A program made the position numbers and the translations under genes. The notes beneath the pieces are model-generated. The model saw only the letters and a program-made list of their open reading frames with translations. It was not told the DNA's origin and did no database searches. Source: an uncultured virus (IMG/VR IMGVR_UViG_3300021473_000001) (Duplodnaviria; Heunggongvirae; Uroviricota; Caudoviricetes). From it: DNA of 64,000 nt. The stretch lies in IMG/VR virus record IMGVR_UViG_3300021473_000001; one strand, given 5' to 3'. Below are positions 43,527-53,500 of this stretch, one piece after another; within the stretch, counting starts at the first letter, position 1, and each line of letters opens with the position of its first letter.

Positions 43527-44168
43527 ATGAATTTTAAAACTTGTAAACTTTGTAAGAAAAATTTATCAATTGATAGTTTTTGGAAGAATCCAAGTATTAA
43601 AGATGGTTATTTTAATAAATGTAAAATATGTGCTGCTAAAATAAGAAATATAAACGTTTTAAAAGAACAAAAATATTTAAATGATAATCTTTGGACATGT
43701 TCTACATGTAACATTACACTTCCTTTAACTATTGAAAATTTCCATAAAAGAAATGATTCTAGTACAGGATTTCAACATAGATGTAAGAAGTGTGTAATGA
43801 AAGACCCTCTTAGATATAATAGATATAGTGATAGTGAAAATTTACAACTTTATATAAAAGATATATTAAATGGAATCAAATCAAGATCTCGAACTAAAAA
43901 TTTAAAATTTGAGCTAACTGTGGAATTTTTAATAGATATGTTCAATAATCAAAATGGAGAATGTGCAATTTCAAAAGAAAAAATGACATACATTAGATCT
44001 AAAGGAAGAATACAAACTAATATAAGTGTCGATAAAATTAATCCTTCTTTAGGATATACAAAAGATAATGTACAGTTACTTTGTGTTATAATCAATATTA
44101 TGAAAAGTAATCTATCAATGTCTGAACTAAAACATTTTTGTAATTTAATACTAAAACACAATGACTAA
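43527..44168 (+). CDS. Cys-rich HNH-like endonuclease
   Basis: Two C..C...F......CK.C repeats; Q.G.CAIS, SVDKI....GY.KDNVQL.C...N.MK. Confidence 0.82.
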   Translation: MNFKTCKLCKKNLSIDSFWKNPSIKDGYFNKCKICAAKIRNINVLKEQKYLNDNLWTCSTCNITLPLTIENFHKRNDSSTGFQHRCKKCVMKDPLRYNRYSDSENLQLYIKDILNGIKSRSRTKNLKFELTVEFLIDMFNNQNGECAISKEKMTYIRSKGRIQTNISVDKINPSLGYTKDNVQLLCVIINIMKSNLSMSELKHFCNLILKHND

Positions 44169-47100
44169 AGATATGATTCTTAAGATATCTAAAGCTAAAG
44201 ATATCAATGACTTCTACAAGAAATATCCTTCAGAAGAAGCATTTATGAAAGTTCATGGTAAAGAGTTCAAAAAAGCTCAACAAGGTTTAAACATAATGAG
44301 TGGAGCTTTGCAGGATGTATCTGGACAAGCACGTAACATTGGTGGTGATCTTACTAGACAAGATAATCTACAAATGATGCAAGGTAAAGGATTTTCTCCT
44401 ATATCTGTATCAGCTCTTCAAAACCAGCAACTTGCTTCTTCGACTTCTCCTACATCTAAAGGAGGACCTGATCTTAGTATGTTAGCTGGACCTGCCTCAG
44501 GAATAGTAAAAGGAGTTATGGCATTCAAAGAAGAACAAGATGAAAAGGATAGAGCAGAACAAAGTCTTGCTGTTAGTAATGTTCAATTAGATGCTTCCAG
44601 AACAAAAGACATTGACATCAATCGTCAAATGGCAGACAACATGACTAAAAAAAGAAAAGCCATGATGCCTGTAAATACAGGTGAAGAGTTTTTTCCTATC
44701 TATGGAGCAGGAACAAATCCTCTTGCTAAAGATGGTGCATTGTTAAATAGAGTAGGAGGAAATCCTACAGAGATTCAAAACACATATTATCCTAATGATA
44801 TATACTCAGATGGGGGTTTTGAACCACTCAATGATAGTCAAATTAAAAACTACTATTATGGAGGAGGTATACCTAAAGCACAGGCTGGATTTATGAGTTA
44901 TTTAAAAGGTGCTGGAAGTGCTGATCTTAGTCAGGCAGCTGGTATGGCTTTTGGTAATAATGCTGGTTCACAAATGGGAAAAGGTCTAGGAGATGCAGCA
45001 AAAATGATTCCTGGAATAGGTCCTATTGCAGGAGCATTAGCTGCTCCAGTACTTAGTGCAATTGGTGGAGGTATTGATCAATTGTGGGGTCCTGCAGGAA
45101 AGATTAAAAAAGCTAATAAAGTTACTGATCAAAATGTAGGGATGATGGGTATGCAAGGAATGGGTAAAGGGATTCAACAACAGAATTCATCATTTATGGA
45201 AGATGGTGGATGGGTATCTCATGATTGGCTTCCACAAGTGATTACCAATTTTGGTGAACATTCAATGAGATCTCTGATGAGACCAGATCCTACAATGGAT
45301 ACATTGAGAGCTGGTGGACATTTACAAAGATATACTCCTCCTTCAGAAGAAGCTATGCAGACTTATGCTATGGGTGGTGATCTTAAAACTCACTGGGGAG
45401 GACATGCAGAAACTATGTCACAAAATCCTTATCTACCTGAAGGAGGAGAGACAGTCATGTTTAGAGGAAACTCTCATGATGAGTCTGATGGAAGAGGTAA
45501 TACAGGAATTGGTGTAACTTATGGTGATAATCCTGTAGAAGTAGAAAGAGGTGAGCCTGCTATGAAGTTACAAGATGGTGGATCCCCAGATTCTAGTCTT
45601 GTAGTATTTGGTAATTTGAAGATACCAAATGAATATGTGTCTATACTTGGAGATGATAAAGCTAAAGGTATGAAGTTTAAAAGTTATGTGACAGATTTGT
45701 CCAAGACAGAAGCCAAGCAAAATAAGACTATTGACAAAGCATCGTCTTATCTAGAGGATTTTGATCCAAGATCATCTTTCGAAAAACTTACAATGGCATC
45801 TCAACAAGCAAATATATTAGGTGCTAACATGACATTAAAAGATATTGCAGGAAAGAAACAAAAAGCTGCAGATCTTCAACAGGCCATTAATGATACAGCT
45901 AAAGAGAATGGATATGAAGCTGATGCTCTTGCAAGAGGTCAGATTAAATATGCTAAGAAAGGAATTACTATTGCACAAAATGGTGATAGAGCATCTTGGG
46001 ATATTCCTGGAAGAATTGGAGATTGGACTGATGAAAATATATTTAATCCAATTGGTAATAAACTTGGTGAATTTTATCAAAACAATACTTCTGAAAATAC
46101 TAGAAATGCAATTAGTTCAATAGGACAATTCTTAAGCGATTTAAATAATGCTCCTGTAGATAGAACTGCGAGACCAGGTTCTGTATATGCAGAACGTCCT
46201 ATGTATACTGGCGTTGCTCCAGCACCAGCATTAGCAGTAGTTAAAGGAGGTAAAGCAGCAACTGCAGTAGCAACAGAAGTAACAGAAGCTATGGAAGCAG
46301 CAAAGAAATTAACAGCAGAAGCAAAACTAGCAGCAGAAGCAATTAGAGTAGGTAAAAAAAGTAAAAAAGCTATAGCAGCAGCAGAGAAATTAGCAGCAGA
46401 AGCAAGAGCAGCAGAAGTAAAAGCCAAAGGACTTACTCCAGGAGTAAATTTAGAGGGAAAATCTTCAACAGTAAAAAATCGTTCTTCAATGAGTCCAATA
46501 ACAAAAGGTATATTAAAAGGTGCAGGTGTTGCATCTGTCATTGGCATAGGATCACATTATAATAAGAAAAATGAACAATCAAAACCTTTAAGTAAAGATC
46601 CTAGTAAATATACAATTCCTGGTGCAGTTCTTCCAACATATAATGATTCAATTAAACCTTCTTCTGTTCCTTCTACTAATAAGGGTAATCCTTTATATAA
46701 TCGTATGCAAGATACATTTAATCAAGAGAGAAAAGGATTTGAATATGGTGGAGAAATTGCTCAAGGTGGTGACTCAGTTGCATGGAAACCTATTTGGGCA
46801 ACTACCCCTATATATTTACCTTGGGATCAAAGTACCAATTCAAGAATACCAGGATTAACAGATGCTGAAAAAATGACAGATGCTGAAATAGCTGCTGCTC
46901 AAAAAAAGCAATCAATTAAACCTAGTGGTAAAAAAGCTACAACTATAAAAAAAGCTGATCCATTACCAGTAATTGATCCATTAGCAGGAGTAATTAATCC
47001 ATTAGGAGAAGACATTAATCTTCCTCAATATGATTTTGATGTTTCTGGTATGAATCCTGAATATTTACCTTATAAACAAACTCGTAAAGAATTTCCTTGG

Positions 47101-47835
47101 CAGCAATTAATGGGTGAGGTTTTACCTTATCTCAGACCAAGTGATGATGAAGAGTTAGATCCAAGACAATTGATGGGAGAAATGTATGCTCTTTCTAATA
47201 ATCAACAGGAACCAGTTTATGCACAAGGATTCAATCCTCAATTAACTACTCCTTATGATATATCTATGCAGGATGTTCTAAATAAGAATCAAGCTGATTT
47301 TAGAGCTGCCCAAAGAACTATGGGATATAACCCAGCAGCTCAGGCCAATCTTGCTGCTCAACAGTATCAGGCTAATCAAGGGGTGTTAGGTGATCAATTT
47401 AGAGCAAACCAGGAGATGCAGAATAAAACATATGCTCAGAATAGACAATTGATGGATCAGGCTCAAATGACCAATCTTGGAATATTCTCTCAACAGGCAG
47501 ATAAGCAATCCCAGGCTAAGAGTAATACAAAAGCTCAAATACAGGCTGCCCTGCAATCTATTAGTGCTAAGATGTTGGAGAATGAAGCTAAGAATAAAGA
47601 ACTTAAGACTTACGAGAATCTCTACAACTATCGATTTGGTAATGATCAAAGGGCTCAAAACTGGAATCCTATGGCTCAATTCAATATGGCAGGAAATGCT
47701 AGAAATAATACTGCTGTTCCTCAAGGATTCGAAGCTACATATAAACAACTCCCTGATGGTAGTTATGAAGTAGATAAGTATACAAAGAAAAAAGAAAAAA
47801 GTAAAAATGGATCAATCGTAAAATTGTTTAAATAA
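44161..47835 (+). CDS. virion cargo/ejection protein with GG motifs and TM-like Gly/Ala segments
   Basis: YYYGG, MEDGG, YAMGG, LQDGG, FEYGG, AQGG; GNSH..S...G.GV, VEVE.GE; Gln/Asn-rich C-terminus. Confidence 0.72.
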   Translation: MTKDMILKISKAKDINDFYKKYPSEEAFMKVHGKEFKKAQQGLNIMSGALQDVSGQARNIGGDLTRQDNLQMMQGKGFSPISVSALQNQQLASSTSPTSKGGPDLSMLAGPASGIVKGVMAFKEEQDEKDRAEQSLAVSNVQLDASRTKDIDINRQMADNMTKKRKAMMPVNTGEEFFPIYGAGTNPLAKDGALLNRVGGNPTEIQNTYYPNDIYSDGGFEPLNDSQIKNYYYGGGIPKAQAGFMSYLKGAGSADLSQAAGMAFGNNAGSQMGKGLGDAAKMIPGIGPIAGALAAPVLSAIGGGIDQLWGPAGKIKKANKVTDQNVGMMGMQGMGKGIQQQNSSFMEDGGWVSHDWLPQVITNFGEHSMRSLMRPDPTMDTLRAGGHLQRYTPPSEEAMQTYAMGGDLKTHWGGHAETMSQNPYLPEGGETVMFRGNSHDESDGRGNTGIGVTYGDNPVEVERGEPAMKLQDGGSPDSSLVVFGNLKIPNEYVSILGDDKAKGMKFKSYVTDLSKTEAKQNKTIDKASSYLEDFDPRSSFEKLTMASQQANILGANMTLKDIAGKKQKAADLQQAINDTAKENGYEADALARGQIKYAKKGITIAQNGDRASWDIPGRIGDWTDENIFNPIGNKLGEFYQNNTSENTRNAISSIGQFLSDLNNAPVDRTARPGSVYAERPMYTGVAPAPALAVVKGGKAATAVATEVTEAMEAAKKLTAEAKLAAEAIRVGKKSKKAIAAAEKLAAEARAAEVKAKGLTPGVNLEGKSSTVKNRSSMSPITKGILKGAGVASVIGIGSHYNKKNEQSKPLSKDPSKYTIPGAVLPTYNDSIKPSSVPSTNKGNPLYNRMQDTFNQERKGFEYGGEIAQGGDSVAWKPIWATTPIYLPWDQSTNSRIPGLTDAEKMTDAEIAAAQKKQSIKPSGKKATTIKKADPLPVIDPLAGVINPLGEDINLPQYDFDVSGMNPEYLPYKQTRKEFPWQQLMGEVLPYLRPSDDEELDPRQLMGEMYALSNNQQEPVYAQGFNPQLTTPYDISMQDVLNKNQADFRAAQRTMGYNPAAQANLAAQQYQANQGVLGDQFRANQEMQNKTYAQNRQLMDQAQMTNLGIFSQQADKQSQAKSNTKAQIQAALQSISAKMLENEAKNKELKTYENLYNYRFGNDQRAQNWNPMAQFNMAGNARNNTAVPQGFEATYKQLPDGSYEVDKYTKKKEKSKNGSIVKLFK

Positions 47836-47837
47836 TC

Positions 47838-47875
47838 TAATCAACTTGATTATATTAAATTACTTAAACTGATTA
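47838..47875. promoter_or_regulatory. paired palindromic operator-like sites
   Basis: TAATCAACTTGATTA (47838) and degenerate TACTTAAACTGATTA (47861). Confidence 0.55.
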
Positions 47876-47881
47876 AGTCTC

Positions 47882-47912
47882 TTGCAACTCTTAACAATTT
47901 CTATTAAATTTG
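47882..47912 (+). promoter_or_regulatory. Bacteroidota sigma-A promoter
   Basis: TTG-N20-TAAATTTG, 13 nt before ATG 47926. Confidence 0.6.
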
Positions 47913-47925
47913 AAATTTAAACGCT

Positions 47926-50541
47926 ATGGCTTCCTACACAGATAAAATGCTTCCGTTCAATCCATACATACAACAGTTACCTGTTGATGCTATGGTTAAA
48001 GTTGGTATGGAGAAACAGAGACGTTATGATGAGGGTGTTCAAAAGATACAAACTCAGATAGATAATGTTGCTGGTCTTGATATTGCAAAAGATTCGCATA
48101 AAGAATATCTACAGTCTAAACTTAATGAGTTAGGTGATAACCTTAAAACAGTAGCAGCTGGAGATTTTTCCAACTATCAATTAACAAATTCTGTAGCAGG
48201 AATGACTTCTCAAATTGTTAAAGATCCTGTTATTCAAAGTGCTGTATATTCTACTCAAATAATTAGGAAAGGTCAAAAAGAATTAGAAGCTGCTAGAAAA
48301 GAAGGAAAATCTTCTATTAACAATGAGACAGATTGGAATAGTAAAGTTTCTAGTTTCTTAGACAATCCTGATTTAAAAGCAACGTTTAATGGTAGATATG
48401 TACCATATACAGATATTTCAGCAAAGCTTAACAAACTTGCTAAAGATATGGAGAGTATCGAATATAGTTACGATCAACCATATAAAACTAACGCAGATGG
48501 ATCACTAAGATATTTTCTTCCTCCAGATAAAAATGGAAATAGAACTGAGACTACTAAAGATGATACTAAAGGAGCACCTATAATTGATGATGCTATGAAA
48601 AGTATTACAACGAAAGGTAAGTCTGCTCAGACTATTCTTAATGCTTTTTATACAAATCTCACAGCAGATGATGAAGTTCAATTAAATATTGATGCAGCTT
48701 ATCATTATAAGAATGCTACTCCAGATAGTTTAAAGGGTGTAGTTACTTCAACGTATGATCTTCAGAAGAAACAACTAAATGCACATATTACAGAACTTGG
48801 AGTAATGTTAAAATCTCCAAAACTTTCTGATACAGACAAAGCAACTGTACAAGCAAAATATAACACACTAACTGCTAAACTTAGTAGTGGTGAACTTGAG
48901 AAAGAAATGGAAACTCAATTAAGACAATTGCAAGATCCTAACACTTTCCAAAGTTTTAAAAATAAAGTATACACTCAACAATATTTAACTGATCTTGCAC
49001 AAAATAATTCTACTCAATCATATAAAGAAGAATTAAAAAATAATCCATATGCTCAACTGAATATGGAGAAACAAAAGTTTCAGTTTGATATTAATAAGGA
49101 AAATACTAGGATTGCTGAAAAAAATGCTGCTCTTAAATGGGAGGGGTTTAAATTTCAACAAAACTATGAACAGAAAGAAAAAATTAGACTATCTAAAGGA
49201 GGAAGTGAACCTATCACAATTCCTGGGGGAGTTCGTACAGATGTAGCACCAGTTACATCTGTTACAATAACTGATAGAATATTAGCTACTGAACAAGCAA
49301 GAAAAATACAAGATGCTGATTTTCTTAGTAAAAACAAAGAGTATACTAAAGCACAATTAGATGTTATTGCAGCCAACTTTGATAAAAATCCAAACACTGC
49401 TGATGTAAAAGATAATGATCTAAGGATATATTTAGAGAGACGAAGAAATCTGGATCATGAGATGATGCGTGATGCTCAACTTCGAAAGGGAGCTTTAGAC
49501 CAAAGTGCTGGAGTTGATGAACAAATTGATAGAATTTTAAAAACTGAAGTAGGTATTGTAGATGGTAATGGTAGAGAGATATATACTGCTGAGGAATTAT
49601 ATACTCTTGGGAAAGATCTTGAAAGTTTTGAAAGAAATATTCCTGGTACAAATATTCCTTTACCAGCATTTTCCTATGATGAAGCAAGTGTTATGAAAAA
49701 GTTTGCTGGTACAAAATATGAATCTCTGGCAAGAGCTTTTGTTAAATACAGAGATCATCAACCAGTTACGGCACAAGAAAAATTAATTTTAAATAGAGCA
49801 TTAAGTCTTTCAAATCATTTTGGTGGAACTGTTGGTAAATTAGTTGATCAGAAATTTCAAATAGAATCTGATTATCTGGCTACGAAGACTCCAGATTATC
49901 AAACTTGGTCAGGCACATTAGATAAGAATAATAAAGATGACATGCGTAGAATAGATGCTTTAATATCTGATTCAATAAATCCTAAAGAGGGGGGATTAGA
50001 TAGTGAGCGTATGACAGATTGGAATGGTGCCACAGTTACAACGTGGAAGAATGATCCTAAGATTAAAGATTTAGACTATAGGATAGTTAAAAATTATGAT
50101 GGCTCTGGTCAATTCATAGTTCAACATGGAAAAGAACAACAGATAATACCATTAACTGCTGAAAAGTTCAATGCCTATTTTCCAAAATATGCTGAGATAA
50201 ATCCTGTTACACAAATTAAAAGCATAATTACCAAATCCCCTACAAGTAGTACAAATGTTATGCGAAAAGGAGATCCTACTAATGCAGCATTTACAGGAAG
50301 TAATCTTCCTATGTTAAAAGGTACTAACTACGAATCAAAAGTAAGGTATGATGTAGAAGGAGCAACTAGTTTTCCTGGAGGACCTATCGATAGTTATCAG
50401 ATAAGAGTATATGTAGTAGATGATAAAGGACTCTGGCATCAGAGTGTTATAAATCAACGAGGATATTTAACAGATACTCAAATACAAGAGAAGATTAATG
50501 GTATTGGAATGGAGATAGTTAATTATGTATTAAAACAATAG
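47926..50541 (+). CDS. virion-associated protein preceding the RNAP (cargo/ejection)
   Basis: 871 aa; N-term F.PYIQ.LP...M..VG..KQ.RYD; synteny. Confidence 0.75.
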   Translation: MASYTDKMLPFNPYIQQLPVDAMVKVGMEKQRRYDEGVQKIQTQIDNVAGLDIAKDSHKEYLQSKLNELGDNLKTVAAGDFSNYQLTNSVAGMTSQIVKDPVIQSAVYSTQIIRKGQKELEAARKEGKSSINNETDWNSKVSSFLDNPDLKATFNGRYVPYTDISAKLNKLAKDMESIEYSYDQPYKTNADGSLRYFLPPDKNGNRTETTKDDTKGAPIIDDAMKSITTKGKSAQTILNAFYTNLTADDEVQLNIDAAYHYKNATPDSLKGVVTSTYDLQKKQLNAHITELGVMLKSPKLSDTDKATVQAKYNTLTAKLSSGELEKEMETQLRQLQDPNTFQSFKNKVYTQQYLTDLAQNNSTQSYKEELKNNPYAQLNMEKQKFQFDINKENTRIAEKNAALKWEGFKFQQNYEQKEKIRLSKGGSEPITIPGGVRTDVAPVTSVTITDRILATEQARKIQDADFLSKNKEYTKAQLDVIAANFDKNPNTADVKDNDLRIYLERRRNLDHEMMRDAQLRKGALDQSAGVDEQIDRILKTEVGIVDGNGREIYTAEELYTLGKDLESFERNIPGTNIPLPAFSYDEASVMKKFAGTKYESLARAFVKYRDHQPVTAQEKLILNRALSLSNHFGGTVGKLVDQKFQIESDYLATKTPDYQTWSGTLDKNNKDDMRRIDALISDSINPKEGGLDSERMTDWNGATVTTWKNDPKIKDLDYRIVKNYDGSGQFIVQHGKEQQIIPLTAEKFNAYFPKYAEINPVTQIKSIITKSPTSSTNVMRKGDPTNAAFTGSNLPMLKGTNYESKVRYDVEGATSFPGGPIDSYQIRVYVVDDKGLWHQSVINQRGYLTDTQIQEKINGIGMEIVNYVLKQ

Positions 50542-50543
50542 AT

Positions 50544-53500
50544 ATGCCAATCTTTGACAATGAACTTATAAATAATGTTTCGAATCGTGGAGCTGCTCCT
50601 GAAACACCTTATTTAGGATCACCTGATACATTGGAAGTTAATCTTAATCTTAATCCAGTAGAAGGTAGCATGTCTACTCAAACAGACACTCTTAGTAGAC
50701 AAGGTATGTCTATTGATGAGATGTCAAATACAAACACTCCACAAAAAGCTCCTACGTTTAATTCTCCTATGGAAGTAATTCCAAGGTCTGAACTTCTTGC
50801 TAATCAAAAATATCCAATATATCAAAGAGGTGTAGATCTTGAAAATATTTATGGACTACAACAAAGTTGGACTTCTAAACTAGGGAATGGTGTTGTTAAA
50901 ATGGCAGCTACTGGAATTGGTACATTTGCTCAGAGTTTTGCTACAATCCCAAATACTATATCAGCAATTCAGAATGGTAAATTCTCAGAACTATCAGGAG
51001 ATCCTGATGGATTTGAAGGATCTATTGATAACTGGTTAAAAAATATTGAGAATAAGTTTCCTAACTATTATACCAGATATGAAAAACTACATCCTTTTAA
51101 ATCAGCTGTACCTTTTACAGAAGGATCAGCTAATTTCTGGGGAGATATGGTTATTAAGAATCTAGGTTTTACAATTGGTGCGATTGGTGGAGCTTTAGCT
51201 CAGGATGCAATTATTGGAGCATTGACATCAGGAATAGGAACTCCTGCTACAATTAGTTCTCAAGTAGGAAAAGCTTCTTTGTATTTAAACAAACTCTTTA
51301 CAGGAACCAATGATGTTGAGAAAGCTCTTGAGGTAGGAGCAAATCTTGCCAAAGGAACACAACAACTACTTACTGTTCAAAGACTTGGAGAAATGGCTGC
51401 TGTTGTAAAAGTAGGTAGTGCATTACGTTGGGGATTAAATATATATGGATCAGCCAGAACAGAAGCTGGTGTAGAAGCTAGAGATGGATATCGTCAAATT
51501 AAAGAGAACTTAGTTCAACAGTATCAACTTGAACATCCTGGCGAGGATATGACTCCTGAAGAACTTCAGGAAATAGAAAATTATGCTACAGATGGTATGA
51601 ATACCAGGTTTGGTATTAACATGGCTCTACTCACTGTATCTAATGCTATTCAGTTTGATAATCTATTTAGGGCATTTAATAAAGTATCTCCTAAAACTAT
51701 TACTGGTACACTAAGTAAGAAGATAGCTGATGCTGGTAAGATAGGACTTGTAAAAGATTCAATAGATACATTTGAGAAAAAAGTAGCTACTACAGTAGGT
51801 GGTAAGTTGTGGGATACAGTTAAGCCTGCCCTACCCACTATGTTTTCTGAAGGAGTATATGAAGAAGGTGGACAGTATGCTGCTGAACGTGGAACTTATA
51901 ATTATTACACAAGAAAATATAAAGATTTAAAAGATCCAAACAATAGAACAAATTGGGACTCAGTAAATGAAACAGTTAATTCTACATTAACTGGACTAGC
52001 TGATCAATTTGGTACTACAGAAGGTATTCAAAATATGTTCATTGGTGCTATTACAGCTATGATAACTGGTGCTGGAATGAGTGTCATAGATCGTATGGCA
52101 GGTAAAAGTCCAAGTAAAAGACTTGATGCCACTGTAAATATGTTAAATCAACATGGTCTTACAGGAACTCTTGGTGATAAATATACAGATACTCTGACTA
52201 CAGTAGGGATAACAAAAGATATGGAAGATGCTGTCAAAACTGGAGATATCTATAAGTATAAGAATTTAAAACAAGATCTATTTTTCAGTTATGTAACCTC
52301 ACGTATTCCTTCAGGAATGCATGATATAACAATAGATCAACTTAACATGCTCAAAGATCTTAAGAAAGAAGATTTTGAACAGACCTTTGGAATGGATTTT
52401 AATCAGTCAAGTAAGAAAAGTGTAGATAGTTATGTAGACTCACTTATAAATGAAGCGAATAATATTAAAAAGACTGTTGATAGTTTGAATGCTACATTTA
52501 TAAATCCATTTAATTATGATGTGAAAGCTGAGAGTGGTTCACTTGCATGGATTGAAAATCAAAAATACAATACATTTAATTCCTGGAAAACAGATCTTGC
52601 ATATTATGCAAGTGTTGCTCCAAATAATAAAAGTAGAATTGAATCAATTGGTCAAGAATTAATTAAAGTAGATCCTTTACTTAATACAGAGATTCTTTCT
52701 AAAGTTATGAACGCTGAATCTTTGAAAGACTTAATCAAAGATTATGAAGAGCAAGCTAAACAATTAGATGAAGCAATTGCTTTAACTACTATCTATAAAG
52801 ACAAAAAAGTTCTTATCAAAAAAAGTGAAGCATTTCGTAGTATGGCTCAGCGAATTGGTCTTGCTTTAGAAAAAGATCATGATGTAGAGTCATTCACTAA
52901 GATATTAAATTTTGAACTGAATAATCAAGATGCTACACAACCTCCAGTTATTTCTACTGACAAGGCTCTTGATTTAATGATCTATGGTAAGGATATTAAT
53001 AGACTTAATTATCAGAGAGAAACTGCTTCTGATATATATGATAAACTATCTAATAGTGAAGGACTTGACAAATATTTTGAGCAGGCTTTAAAGATGGCTC
53101 AAGAAGTACCAGAAGAAGAAGCAGAAGTTGTTCCTATTAAACATGTGTTTAAAAATAGAGCAGGAGAAGATGAAGAGTTATCACTTGATAGAGAGTATGA
53201 AGCAGAAAAACCTAAAGAGGTTAAACCTGTTAAGTCAGGACAACAATGGAAAGTTACTAATCCTATTACAGGAGTAGCATTAGTTTATCCTACTAAAGAA
53301 GATGCTCAGGATGCTGCTAATGATATAAATGAAAAAGCAACTGCTGCATCTAAAGTAAAGATCATAAAACTCAATCCTGATGGTACTGTAAAGGTAGAAG
53401 ATCAGGATGGAATCATTCGTGATATTTCTTTAGATAAACTGAAAGGCTTTGCAAAGATTCAGACAGAGCAAGAGAAATTAATGAAGGATAAGGAGAGCAT

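Noticed and set aside
22000..50541. Stop-codon reassignment (TAG or TGA), known in some crAss-like phages
   Set aside because: Long genes are uninterrupted under code 11; TAG ends MCP, 25454..26599, 26680..27246 and 47926..50541 at sensible boundaries, and TGA ends several coupled genes.
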